A stretch of 63,044 nucleotides of DNA, filler included, from Reticulomyxa filosa (taxonomy: Eukaryota; Protista; Foraminifera): assembly GCA_000512085.1 (NCBI GenBank). It is 24 parts of 24 records of this genome, joined end to end, with 100 filler letters (N's around TTAATTAATTAA, not from the genome) between each part and the next. Parts side by side here need not be neighbours in the genome. Positions count along the whole stretch, not along the records: positions 48,672 to 54,329 come from ASPP01002119.1; positions 54,430 to 58,944 come from ASPP01032972.1; positions 59,045 to 60,189 come from ASPP01032381.1; positions 60,290 to 61,356 come from ASPP01013463.1; positions 61,457 to 63,044 come from ASPP01014746.1; 19 more parts are not named here. One strand, given 5' to 3'. The notes beneath the pieces are model-generated. The model searched no databases. It was not told where the DNA came from and was given only the letters and a program-made list of their open reading frames with translations. The position numbers and the translations under genes are program-made. Positions 49,990 to 63,044 of the stretch are shown here, one piece after another; position 1 is the first letter of the stretch, and each line of letters starts with the position of its first letter.

Positions 49990-52130
49990 GTATAGGTAAT
50001 GGAATCGCAAATGAAGAAGAAGAAAGGATTTACAGAAATGAAGAAGCAGACACTACTGTCTTAATAGAATGGAGGCATCACAAAAACTACGTGCAAGCGA
50101 TATTCCGAAAGTAATAAAATAGAGATCCTCCCATGATAAACAGCGAATAGTGTCAATGCGAAAGACACATAAAGATGTTGGATTGGGAAACAATATCAGA
50201 AGTACGATCTCCAATTGATCAATACAAATTAGTGAATATTTTTCAAGATGGTATTCGAGCCAAGAAATAAAGGCCATTCTTTTCGCATTGCACAAACTCT
50301 CAATGCCACACCACGTCGTTGTAGTAATGTCTGCGTTCTCAAGGATCACTGGTCTCGTCAATATATGAACAGCCCTACAATTGGAATACAAAAGCATCCC
50401 ATCATTCCGTGCTGAAACAATACCGATCCACTTGATCAAATCATACGTGCTCAAATATTGTCATCAAAGGTAGAAAAAGATTAGTTGATTGAATTCAATT
50501 TGAAAAAAATATTTATCTCTTTATCTTTCTTTAATTATCTTCAATTAGTGTGTTATTCCTGTATATATGTATATAGATTTGATATAACAAAAATCGTTGT
50601 CCAGGTGAAAGCGTTAGAAATTATTAATAATGTATCAGCATGTGATATATATATATTCAATATCTTATCGTTGATAGTGGATGGTATTGGCACTATGTAT
50701 GAGCTACCTGAGCTCCTCCGATAATTGTGTTACTCAAGTTGCACGTATCCAAATTGCGTTGACACGAGCAATCAGTATCGAATATTGCAATTGATTTATT
50801 AACATTTATTCCAATTTGTTATGTCTCCAAGTAAATGTATCAGTTTTTTGGAAAATGATTGAATGTAATTGCATTTATTAATGTCCAGAAAACAAATAAT
50901 TTGTGATCGGCTCCACAAATCCATCAATTGACAATTCACAATTACATTACCAATCTTAAGATGTAACAGTATCATGACCCACCATCAAGGATAACATAGA
51001 CGATGTGAACCTATTTTATTAACTGAATGTAATTCAATTGTGATCCGTTCTTCTCTTGGTATGTTGTAGTCACAATTCAGAATTGGATTACTTTGTGGTA
51101 AAGTTTATAAATCTATCAATGCAATGGATACAATCTATAAAGGACAGCTCTATCGGAGTTATGGTGAATGCAAATGCGAGTGGTACTGAATGATGGAATA
51201 TTTGAGTAAATAGGATCAATCATAGAAGTTCTGCATCACTTTTATCATATTTTTAGTTGTCGTGATGTGTCTTTATCAAAATAATATGAGCATGGATCTT
51301 TTAGGTTTCGAGTGAAAGAAAAATAAAGAGGAAAAAGAAGAAAAAATATCGATCAAACATATGAATTATGTCAAGAAATATAACAAGTGCTCATGAACCA
51401 TGCAAGAAAAACTGACCAAGAGAAGCAAGTGGACAGTACAAATAAAAAGAATGACACAATCAATCCCTAAAAGGTGTTGACATGTGTCAACAAAATTATG
51501 AATTGTTGTGAATGATATTGATGGAAGCGAAGCACAGTGACAATGAACAATATGTGCTTATGATCACACAACCACATCCAAATTTGACACATACAACTTT
51601 CAATCAAGCAATCGATATGGATAATTGATCAAATATCCGTCGTTATCATTCACATATATTTGCGATTATCTATACGTGGCTCCCGATGTCGACACACCAA
51701 ATATGCATGGAGACATTTCCGATATAGAATTGGTATGATCTTCGTGTTCATTTGGTATATTGACAGGAAATGATTCAATTGGACGATTTAGAATGCCTTT
51801 GAAAAAAAAATGAAGTAAAACAGCATAATTACTTTGTTTCTTTTAAAGCAGTTTGAATTAAGTTGATGTTTGTTTTTTTTGTATTTACAACTAGGATGTG
51901 TTAAATTCACTGGTGGTGTATGCCGAAGGTATAATATGGTGACTCTTCCATAATAAACAGCATCCAACAACGGCGAATAGTATCAATGTCAGAGACACAT
52001 ATAGATTGATCGGGAATCTGATACCATTAACACATCGTCACCCCTATCAAATAGAAGTACGTTGTCACGTATAGATCAGTGCAGCGTCTCCATACGCGTC
52101 GTCAATAATCACTAGACAATGTCAGAGCGA
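49990..52130 (+). pseudogene. Heavily decayed extracellular-repeat gene, possibly cadherin-like
   Basis: Short motifs in broken frames: YVAPDVDTPN...FGILTGNDSIGRF (~51670-51790), AIDMDN (~51610), VNDIDG (~51510), ELDY (~51080), IDRES (~52005). No long ORF. Confidence 0.3.
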
Positions 52131-52229
52131 TGATTATCATAAGAGTACTTCCTCCATTCAGAACAGATACACCGCTGCAGGGAAGGACAATATTTCTTCA
52201 AATTTTGCTTTTGTGCATATCCGAGTGGC

Positions 52230-53910
52230 TCCAAAAAAAAACAACAATGGATTTAATTGGGGAACCAATCGAAGAAGTAAGGCAGATGAGAGAAGTAATA
52301 GAAACCTAAAGCAAACTTTGGAGTCCCATAGAGACAATGAACTATGCTATCTGTTTTCTTTCCATGGCATTGCTAAGTCAGAAAGGGAAATGGATCGAAT
52401 GGAGGCGAATCAGATTATTGAAAACAAGTTTAGACAAGATTTGTCACTTATCCAAGCGAACGTCGAAGAGTTTAAAAAAGAAATAGACAGTTAAACTACA
52501 TCCAAGAGAGATCAAATTCAAGTAAAAAAATGACCTGCTCACCAAAGTAAATTGTCAGTTAACAAGATAATGCAATATCGCGGATGAAACACATTTTGCA
52601 GCCAAACAGCAAATCAACATTTTAACCAAAGAGTTGCACTACATTAACGAACATCTTCTCCAAATGTCGGAGTATGAAAAGGCTTTTACAAATGGAAATG
52701 CAAGCATGCAAGCGGCAAGTAGATGAAATAAATAATCATTGGCTTGGGTTGAAACAAGCATGTGAAAGTGTTGACAACGAAGATCAATCCCTCAACAGTT
52801 TTGTAAAAATATAAATAATTTTTTTTAGTCTCTTTTTGGATTTCTTCCTTTTGTCTTGTTTTAAGAATAGAAAGTATCGAAGCTTTGATATTGGAGCTGG
52901 CAAACCAAAGAATACTTCATAAATTGCAATCTTTTATCGAAAGCATTCAAAAAACTGGGATAATCATCAAAACAGTGAAAAAAGAGGAATTAGAAAAAAT
53001 TATGAACCTGTTTCAAAATATTACAACTTTGTTTGCATCCACGTTAAATCAAGCGCAAATCTTTAGTTGCTGTATTTACTTTTCAAGTGCAGTCCTGACA
53101 AATGGATCTATAAAATAAACGGTCAAAAAAAAAAAGGAGCCAAAGCCCAAAAAGTAATTCAAAGTTATGGTCGGGAGATGTTACTACGTCGCAAATATTT
53201 CAATACCATTTAAGAAATCAAAGGAAACAATCGCGTATTTTGTCGAATTTGATGTGGTGAAACAATGTCTGGTCGAATTTTTGAGTGAGTGCAACAAGAC
53301 ACGTGAACATCATTGAGAAGAGACCAACTGATAGTTCATTGCAAGTCATAACAGTTTGTAAATGAAGAAAAAAGTCCGAAACAAAAACACCGTCTGTTTT
53401 GATCAGCTGTTTGAGTCTAGTGCAACCCAAGAAGGAGAAGTATTTGAGAGTACCAAACAATTCATCACATCATTATTGGATGGTTATTTTTATTAAGTAT
53501 CTTTATCGTTTGTTTGTTTGTGAAATGTGTTGAGCAAGAGAGAGCATTTAAAAAAAACAACACCAAAAACATCTTGCACTTTCAGAAACATATTTGTATA
53601 CGTATATGTATTTATAATTGTAATGCCGCCAATGTTTTGAAATAGGCCTACGACAACAAAAAAAGTGGCAAGACGTACACAATGGAAGGTACTCCAAACA
53701 ATCGAGGTGTAATTTATCGCATGATTGAGGAACTGTTTCAGATGGTAGAAGAAAGAAAAAAAAATAATTTCGTATATTGCTCGAAACTATCAGCAGTTGC
53801 AATTCAAAATGAAATTGTGTTTGATCTATTGAGTGATAACGTGACAACAACGTATACGTCAAACACAACTGTGCTACCACAAGTCAAAGTAAGTGACAAT
53901 GTTAGAGGTA
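52230..53910 (+). pseudogene. Kinesin-14 (C-terminal motor) pseudogene
   Basis: Coiled-coil remnants, then LRRKYFNTI*EIKGNNRVFCRI* (neck ELKGNIRVFCR, stop at 53211), FDQLF..SATQE.VFE...ITSLLDGY, corrupted P-loop AYDNKKSGKTYTMEG, NRGVIYRMIEELF, IQNEIVFDLL. Switch I/II motifs were not found. Confidence 0.85.
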
Positions 53911-54429
53911 TAACTCTCTTCTTCCAAACAACAACAAAAATTAATTGCGCATGTACTTTCTCAAACATAACACTTAAGGACAGGATGCTTTTCATGCGAT
54001 TGAAAAAGCTATCTTTTTTTTTTCCCTCCGTTTCTAGGTGTCCGAAATAACTTGGCCAACGCGTTAGAAAGAAAGACTTTCGAGGCCTCCACGACACGAG
54101 CGACATCGATCAATCGACCCCTCCATTGCCAAGTGTAGTAAAATCTAAAGCGATCAACAAAAACGTCTCCGCCGCCAGTGACGCATAATGATCGAGATCT
54201 TCATCCGTCTGAAAAAGAGGCAAAAGTAATGCGTCAAGACAATACTTTCATTCCCCAAGCCGAAATTGTTCCCCATAGAAACAATAAAATGTTTTGTTAA
54301 AATCTTTTTTTTTTTTTTTTTTTTTTTTTNNNNNNNNNNNNNNNNNNNNNNNNNNNNNNNNNNNNNNNNNNNNTTAATTAATTAANNNNNNNNNNNNNNN
54401 NNNNNNNNNNNNNNNNNNNNNNNNNNNNN

Positions 54430-57400
54430 GGATCTGGTTTATTATATTTTTGGAAATTATTACATTCTCCATCTCTTTCTCAACTCTCTTACATTCATCA
54501 AATGATGTTCCATATGTGCTGTCTGGATGTTTGCAAAGCAGACACAGAGAGTCAATTTCTTCCATTTCAACTTCGAGACTGTCACAAGAATCTGATTGAT
54601 TCATTCAAATCATTTCTGATTGGTTGCATCAATTTTGACAAAAACAAACATAACGAAGACTACATGACTTCGTACGGATCCTTTGATAATGTGATAAGAC
54701 CGTATTTATCCAAGTTGCAGGATATTCTTACCCATCCGGATATCTGGTTATATTTCATAGATAGAAAAAAACTGGAGAAATTAAATAAAACAGTTATACA
54801 ACAACATCGAGTGATATTTTTGGATATACTGAAAGCAATAGCATCGAAAATGAGTGAAACACAAATTGATGATGCTCTTGAATTTTTATTGGATAAATTT
54901 CATGACAAAGATGAGCATGACCATTGGAACCGCGTCCAATTAATTGAAGAAATATCATGGAAAATGAATGAAAAACAATTGGGTGATGCCCTTAGATATT
55001 TCATAGACATGCATGACAATAAAATTCATATTTGCAAGTTATGTAAAAGGATAGTCCCAGCACTTGTAGTAAAATTAGATAAACAAATGGACTATGTTTT
55101 AGAATACATAATTTCAAAATTAAATACTGAGAACAAAGGTCGTTTTACTTCGTGGACAATTGCACTTAAAACAATTTTGGGATTAGATAAAATTTTCAAA
55201 TATTTGTTGAATTTATTAAAGAGTGAAAATAAATCATTTCGCCAGCCACTTGCAGACCTAATTGAAGAAATTTTACTGAACTCAAATGAAACACAGCAGA
55301 ATAATATATTTCAATGTTTGATAGATGGATTGCAAGATAAACAAAATGTTGTTCATCAATATTGTGTGCAATTGATCAAAACGTTTTCGAAGAAATTGAG
55401 TCAAGGGCAATTGAGTGTCGCTTTCAAGTATTTTATGGACAGATTACTCGACAGTGTAAACAAAAGTGTGTATTGGTTACACTGGGGATTACAGCAAATT
55501 TCAGTGAAATTGAATAACACGCACTCAGATATCACTTTCAAATATTTGATGAAAGGTTTACGATATAAGAGACAATGTATTCGCAAATTGTGTATCAATC
55601 TGCTGATAACGGTACCAACAAAATGGAACCAAACACAATTGAATGAATTCTGTATAAATTTGCTAAAGAATGCATCCAAATACAAGAATGAGCGTGTTCG
55701 TTATTCATGTGCACAAGCAATTCAAAAGTTGTTACTATTGCAATTGAAATGGAATAAAAAACAATTGAGTGATGGTGTTTTCAACTATTTGATAGAAAGA
55801 TTAAAAAATGATCCAAGTAAAAATGTCCAATATTCATGTGCAGAATCAATTGGAAAAATATCAGTGAAATTGGATAAAGAACAATTAAATATTGCTTGGA
55901 CATGTTTGAAGGATAAATTGAGTGATAAGAACGAAGATATGTTAGTTCGAATGTCATGTGCAGAATCTCTTGGAAGAATAGCAATGGAATTGGATAAACA
56001 ACAATTGAAAGATACTTTGGAATGTTTGATGAATGGAGTAAATGATGATAATGAAAATACATTTGTGCAGAAATATTGTGCATATTCACTCGAAAGAATT
56101 TTATTGAAATTAAATAAAGAAGACACAAGTAAACTTATTCATATGTTTTCTATTCAATCACTTGAAGCGATCTTAATGAAATGCAAAGAAAAACTTTTTG
56201 ACAATATAATCTTTTGTCTGATCGATGAGCTCAAAGATGAAGATCAAGATATTCGTTCTCATTGTTTGGAATCACTTGTAAATCTCTTAACAAAGTTAAA
56301 TAAAAAACAATTGGATGCTGAAAATTATTCTTATGAGGAAAGAATAGTATCGAGATTGAATGAAACACAATTGAATAATTTACTTCAATGTTTAATAAAA
56401 GATTACAAGGACAAACAATTTCGGAATTCATGTTTAAAAATACTTGGCACAATATCATCGAAGTTGAATGATCAACAACTAGACAACATAATCCAATTTT
56501 TAAAATCTGGATTCAGTAGTACTGATTACAGTATTCGACATTCATGTGAAGAAACACTTCAAATAATATCAGCGAAATTGGATAAACGACAAATAAATGA
56601 CATATTTGAATTTTTATTGAGTGGACTTAATAATAAATCGGATAACGTTCGTGTCTCATGTACGAAAGGACTTGAAATAATAGTATTGAAATTAAATGAA
56701 ACACAATTGAATCATTTGCTAAACTGGTCAAAAAATAATTTTGAGGATACAAGTTGCTGGGTTCGTAGTTTTTGTAGACAAATATTCGGGATAATGTTCG
56801 TACAATTGAACGAACAACAAAAAGATAATTTATTTGAATTTTTATCGAATGGACTCAATAATAAAAGTGGTGACATTCTTCAATCATATTCAGATACACT
56901 TCAAAAAATAGTATTGCAATTAACTAAGACACAATTAAATAAGTTGTTTGATTATTTGCTGAATAAACTCAATACTATGAATAATGAAGTAAATATCGAA
57001 AAATCTTTATCAGAATTAAATAGATTAGATCCAGACGATTTTTTTATGTGGAGTACCAAAAATAAAGATTATGATTCATATATTCGTGTACTTAGAAAAA
57101 TAGTATTACAATTAGATGAAACAAAATTGGATGAATTGCTTCAATTTTTAAAAGAAAGATTCGGTCATTGTGATGACTATGTTTCCCTTTCATATGTAAA
57201 AATACTCGAAACAATAGCATCGAAATTGAATAAACGACAAATGGATTCATTGAATTTTTTGGTCAGAGATGAAAGTGTTAGCAATTTATGCACGGAAGAA
57301 CTTGATACATTAAACTTGAATGAGCAACAACCAGCCCACTTACTCCGATATATAGAAGATAGGATAAAAATTGATAATTTTGTGTTAGATGTAACGCCGT

Positions 57401-58944
57401 TTAAAAAAGAAGTGTTGCAACTGGATGGAACACAATTCCATAATCTGTTTCAAGAAGGATTTAACCATGCGAACTATTATGTCCAGCGTTCATATGAGGA
57501 ACTACTCGAATCAATAGCATCGGAGTTGAATGAACAACAGGGAAGGAGCATATTTGAATTGTTATTAGAGGGATTAAATAATAAATCTAATATTTGCTCA
57601 TGTGCGAAAGTACTTCGAGAGCTGGTGTCGAAATTGAGTGGAACACAATTACATAATTTATTTTCCATTTTAAATGAAAAATTCGATGATAAAGGTTATG
57701 AGGTTCAATATTTACGTGTAAAAATACTCGAGGAAATATCATCGGAATTAGCTGATCAACTAGATGATGTACTTCAATATTTAAAAAATGGATTCAGTCA
57801 CGGTGATGACAATATTCATAACTCATGTGCAAAAATACTTCAGAAAATATCACCGAAATTAAATAATAAACAATTAGACAATGTACTTCAATGTTTAAGC
57901 AATAGATTCAAACTGTATGATGACAATCTTCAAAATTCTTCTCAAAAAATATTTCGAATAATAACAGCGAAATTGAAGAAACAGCCTCTGAACGAAACAC
58001 TTGGATCTCCAGAATATGCATTTAAGGATTGTAATATCCAGTCTTGGATATTATACACTAAAATAATGCCATCAATATCAATTGAATTGAATGAACAACA
58101 ACTAGATATCACATTCAAATTGTTAGACAATCGCGATTTATGCATAAAAACACTTCAAATGATAGCATTCGAATTGAATGAAATACAATTGAATAATTTG
58201 CTTCATTATTTTCAAAATAAACTCAAAAATGGAAGTTATCATGCTTGGAATTCATATGAAGAAATGCTAAAAATAGTATTATCCAACTTGAACAAGCAAC
58301 AAACAGATAATACGTTCAAAATTTTGATGAAAGAGTACAATGATATCGATCGTAGAGTTTGCAATTTATATAAAGGTATACTTGCAAGGAAATTGAATGA
58401 CGAACAATTGTGTTTATTAATAGACAATCTCTCGAAAGACACTGAGAGTGGCTTTATAGCGTCATACATATCAGATGATATGTGGAGACGTATTACAATT
58501 ACCGCATTGAAAAAAAACACAAAAATTAAAATGGGAGAGAAATTTTTTGAAATGGAATCACTGGCATTAGGTTTGTTAATGTGTAATCCTCTTATTCAGT
58601 TCAATCACAATGATAGCAATGATGATATTATCAACTCTGAGGCTTTTAATGAATTAAGATGTTGTTACGATAGGAAATTCAGGGAGTGGGGATTTTTAAT
58701 TCAAAAAAGATGGAGTAATTATAATAACTTGAAAATTAAACTGCAATTACAACAATCAAATAGTTACATACATGAAGATCGTTGTACCTCCATTCATGAA
58801 GCAGTAAAATCAGGTGATATAACACAACTGAAATCTGCTTTGGAACATGACCGTATTGGCATAAATGCATTTAATAAATATGGACAAACTCCATTGCATA
58901 TAGCAATACATAACAAACATTGGGATACTGCTCGTTATTGCATT
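54430..58944 (+). CDS. Giant HEAT-like repeat protein (about 38-40-aa units) followed by ankyrin repeats; open at both ends
   Basis: About 1500 codons without a stop. Unit consensus KLNExQLDxxFxxLxxGLxDxxxxVRxSCAExLxxIxx. Ends in SIHEAVKSGD...NAFNKYGQTPLHIAI (ankyrin). The frame is open back to the contig start (GLLYFWKLLHSP). Confidence 0.9.
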
Positions 58945-60484
58945 NNNNNNNNNNNNNNNNNNNNNNNNNNNNNNNNNNNNNNNNNNNNTTAATTAATTAA
59001 NNNNNNNNNNNNNNNNNNNNNNNNNNNNNNNNNNNNNNNNNNNNAGTAAATGAGAAACTAAAAAACTTAGAAACGAAGCTTTGATAAAAATTATTGGTCG
59101 TTCATGGTCACTTTAACTCATTTAAAAATAAACATCATGCTATTAGTCATTGGCGTCGTACGAAGCTAGACGTCAAAGTTTGTTTGCAACAATAGTACTA
59201 GATTCAATAATTCACTAATTTAAATACATATTTGTATTTAAAAATTTACTTTTCCCAATTATTGTCTGGATCCTTCTTTTTACTTTACTCAATCAAATTC
59301 TACTAATATTTTTCTATTATTATTTTCCGAATCCTGGATTTCACAACCCTTTATCAACATATTTTTAGTTATATATATATATTATTCATTCGAGATTCTA
59401 CAATTTACTATCATGTCACATGTAAGATTGAAACAGTACTATGTCGTTACGTAATATGTGGTGGTAGTAGGTGAAGATTAAGTTGTATAAGTCAAAAAAT
59501 CCAGTTCGAATATGACTTTGGATCATAAAGTCAGAAATTTCATTGTGTAACTATATATGAAAGAATCAAAAAAAGGTTTATCAAATTGAAAAAAGACACA
59601 AAATCCACATAATCTTATTCTAGCCTTACACTAACCCTACTACAGTAGTGTTTACAATAAATGCAACTCTGTTGCAATGAGAAAATTTTTCAATATTTTT
59701 TTAGTTCTTTCATATATATTTATACTAGATTTGTTAACTAGTGTCATCAGGCCGCAAGTATTGATTATAGTCAGAACTGCAGATATAATAAGTAAGTATA
59801 ATATATAATATTATAATCAATTATTTTTTATGTTTTTATTCATTTAAAGAAAATAAAATTAATTGTATTTAAAAGCTAAAATATTTCAAATGTATAATAC
59901 TAACGCAAATTTTGTCAATAATAATATTACAATCATATTAAGACATTTGGAATTCATATTTATGTTATTAGTTATATTTAAAAAAAAAATAGTCACTTGA
60001 AAAAATTAATTACTTAATAAATTAAAAAAAAAATTAACATAAAACATAAATATTACTATTCATTTAGCAATAACATAAATTAATACTATTTTTTCTTTTA
60101 ATTATTTTCATCGTTAAAACTACATTGTAATTTTCTTTTTTATGCTCATTAATTATAAACAATTCATTTTTATTTGATCGAATATCCCANNNNNNNNNNN
60201 NNNNNNNNNNNNNNNNNNNNNNNNNNNNNNNNNTTAATTAATTAANNNNNNNNNNNNNNNNNNNNNNNNNNNNNNNNNNNNNNNNNNNNAAAAAATCGTA
60301 AATAAAAAAAAATATTTTTACTAAGAAAAAAGAGATATTCTTACAAAAAAATAAACAAACAAAAAAAACTTTTGAGAGTGTACCACAATTTTTGGAATGA
60401 AAAATGTATCACACATTCCAAAATGTGAGACCAAAACTGGCATGAAACGAAGGAAGAAGAAAGTGTAATATTCGACACAAACAG

Positions 60485-61356
60485 CTAGAATTGAGGAAGC
60501 ACCCATGGCTTAATGCAGAAATTAGGAGGAGCAATTTTGTCACTGTCATTGCCATTACAATGTAAATTCAGGTCATAACTGAAGTGAAAGTTTGTAGTCG
60601 TGGGAACATCGTAAGCGATCTTGCGAGGGCGAATTTTTCTCTCTTTCTTTGCAGAAGGCAAAGATCGAGGAACTTGGACGTCTGCAATTTGTGAATAGTT
60701 CAAAAATTGATCGGCCAAGGGTTGCAACAGCATTAGTAACTCATTGGATTGTTTTTGAGCAAGAATGTGCTTTGTTGTGTGTTGGATGAGGGACTGCACA
60801 AACTTTGACAATTTCAAGTCCAACTCACATTGTTCATGCAAAGGAGTTTGTGGATCAATGAATGCCTGCACAATTTCTGCAGTCTAGAATTGCATTACAA
60901 AAAATATTGTATAAATGAAATAGTTATTCCAATGTCATTGCAAAAAAAAAAAAAAAAAATCAGACAAAACTGTTACGTATTGTCCACAAGCGTAAAAAAT
61001 AAGCCATAGCGGTATCGTGCAACGACCACAGAAGAGCTTTTTTTTACCCCTTTGTCTTTGTACAATTTCATATGGTCCATGTACAAATCCGTCAATTTGA
61101 AAGGCTATTTTGTTTTGTTTTTGCATTTTTAAGGAAGGATTATAGTTTGATGAACATACATATATACAGTGTACACATATATGCGTGCATGTATGTTGCA
61201 TGTAATATAATGAAACTTTGACAATGTCCCATTTTTGTTCAATGGTTAATGGGTTATCAGTATCGTCAATCCATTGCATAAGCTCTTCACTAAAATTTTC
61301 TAAGAAATCATACCACAGCTGTTTCCGTGGACTGCTCTTGCTTGCACTTGCACTTG
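60485..61356 (-). CDS. Hypothetical protein, last three exons
   Basis: Same-strand ORFs (..QLWYDFLENFSEELMQWIDD.., AFQIDGFVHG.., QAFIDPQTPL..PWVLPQF*) separated by AT/TA-rich introns; no family recognised. Confidence 0.45.
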
Positions 61357-62579
61357 NNNNNNNNNNNNNNNNNNNNNNNNNNNNNNNNNNNNNNNNNNNN
61401 TTAATTAATTAANNNNNNNNNNNNNNNNNNNNNNNNNNNNNNNNNNNNNNNNNNNNCAATTTATATAAAGTCCTTCGAAATTTTGAAATGTCAATTAAAA
61501 ATATCAACAATAAAGAAAATTATCAAAAAAAAAAATTTAATATTTAAAACTACAATATTATTATATATTTTTTTTAAAAAAATATGTTAAAATCTTTATT
61601 TTTCATGGAGAAAATCGATTCTCTTCATATAGTGCCATTTAGGTATTGCAGTTTTTTTTGCAATATACTGTACTTCAAACGCTTGTATATTTCGTCACTA
61701 ATATATGTCTTTTATATGTGGAGATTCACCAAAAGACAACAAAGTAATTTGATTGCTTTGTTTGTTGTCATCTACTAGTTTCACTACAGTATCCAACTAA
61801 CTCAGTGTCACTTGGATACTTACAAATAAACTTGTTAATCATTAGTTGTTTTTTTGAATTAAAAATTTCACAAGTCTTTCAAATTAAAAACAGAAAGAAG
61901 AATTAATGCACATCAAATGTTTTTTGCGATAAAGTGATTTGAAGAAGTATAAAAACTAATTAAACTATTCAAGTTAATTGATAAAAACATAATTTAAGTA
62001 ACTTGTGCAATATTCAAATTTTACTCTTCAAGCTTAGCAAACATTAAAAAAGAAATCACATGTATTGTTAAGTTTCATCTCCATATTGCAAAATATTTTT
62101 TATAACTCTTTTCATCGTCCTTGATGGAAAACAGCTCAATCATCTTCCATTTTATATCATCAAAGACAATCTTAATCAAAAGAAAGAAGTTGAAAAATGA
62201 CAAATCTTGCCAGTAAAAAACGAACTTCAGCACAATTAGCACTAGTAAGATTTATTACAAGCTTTTAAAAAATTTGTTATTTTCGAACAAGTTTCAGTTA
62301 AAAGAAAGTAAGTTAATAAACAACAATTACAACAAGACAAAGAAAATACTCAAACAAGTGAATTGTGTTCCTTACCACTCACAATAGGGACTTACCCTAC
62401 GTTACAATTTTTAAAAAAGCGATTTTTGTTCGTTTCAGTGAATTTTGTTTTTTTAATTCCTTGTCAAAGCGAAAAGATGTACCAAATTAAATGATCTTTT
62501 TTTACTTGTCAAAACAAATCTAATTAATTCAGTCTTACATTTTCGCAAGAGTTTTGTTAGTTTTCAACACGTATTCGTA

Positions 62580-62800
62580 TCATATGATTACGGGAACATG
62601 AAATAATTGTATTTCAGCGTCTAACTGCACTTCCTTCAATCGAATTGTATTGTTCATGAACAAAAAACTGATTTTGACTATCTTGAAAATATAGCAATTT
62701 TTATCCGCTGTGATTGTCTTTATAATACTTTCAATTCTTCCTAATGTTATATCCCACAACCGAATAGTGTTGTTTTCTGAACATATGTGCTTATTTGTTG
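62580..62800 (-). pseudogene. Decayed WD40 fragment
   Basis: ICSENNTIRLWDI and NNTIRL...IQLFH remnants lacking proper repeat spacing. Confidence 0.5.
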
Positions 62801-63044
62801 TAGCAAAACTGATTTCCTTCATCATAAAAGAATGTTTGTCAGAAAGATGCCCTCGGCGGAATGTACGGCAAGGAGTTTTTAAAAAGGGAGCCCAAGAAAA
62901 CTTTGCTGTCAAGAGTTGGAAAAATCCACAAATGAATCAAGAGGAACCCTTTTTGAGTACTTCTAGAATTGTTCCGTATAGATATGAGTACTGGCCACAT
63001 AATGCAATAAGCAATTTGACATTGATTCTGTTGTACATCCCCGG

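Larger units (their letters stand above)
1317..61456. other. 23 artificial 100-bp contig linkers (N44-TTAATTAATTAA-N44) starting at 1317, 4482, 7112, 10769, 11903, 13314, 17356, 18866, 20301, 21542, 23047, 24973, 26319, 27797, 34818, 38202, 41532, 46194, 48572, 54330, 58945, 60190, 61357
   Basis: Identical N-flanked six-frame-stop 12-mer at each position; ORFs are cut off at the linkers. Confidence 0.98.

Noticed and set aside
41632-58944. NACHT, TRAPPC8, kinesin and HEAT genes as one immune gene cluster
   Set aside because: They lie on different contigs separated by linkers; only the NACHT and WD40 genes share a contig.
1317-61456. Recurrent TTAATTAATTAA palindrome as a biological repeat, CRISPR-like array or insertion site
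   Set aside because: It is always centred in exactly 44+44 Ns; this is an artificial six-frame-stop contig joiner.

Overview
This is not one continuous locus. It is 24 short, AT-rich eukaryotic contig pieces joined by 23 artificial 100-bp linkers (N44-TTAATTAATTAA-N44, which put stops in all six frames), so gene neighbourhood is meaningful only within a piece. Short GT-AG introns full of poly-A/T and (TA)n, expanded WD40/TPR/HEAT/NACHT/CAP-Gly/7TM families and many decayed gene copies suggest a foraminiferan draft genome, Reticulomyxa-like (inference). Recognisable housekeeping genes or fragments: ETFA, TRAPPC8, EXOC6/SEC15, a sulfatase, a TraB-like protein and an ankyrin protein. Features the ORF track misses or splits: a Notchless (NLE1/Rsa4) pseudogene, a kinesin-14 pseudogene, a decayed multi-CAP-Gly gene, two LINE remnants, a spliced secreted C-type lectin, and an F-box-like/WKDQGWG-domain gene. 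The best candidate for a new system is at 41632-44045 (-): an NLR-like protein with Cys4 zinc ribbon + RelA/SpoT-like (alarmone-synthetase-fold) nucleotidyltransferase + NACHT NTPase. A WD40 gene lies next to it, and a decayed paralogous NACHT fragment and a giant HEAT/ankyrin repeat protein lie on other contigs. All homology calls come from motif recognition by eye; no searches were run.
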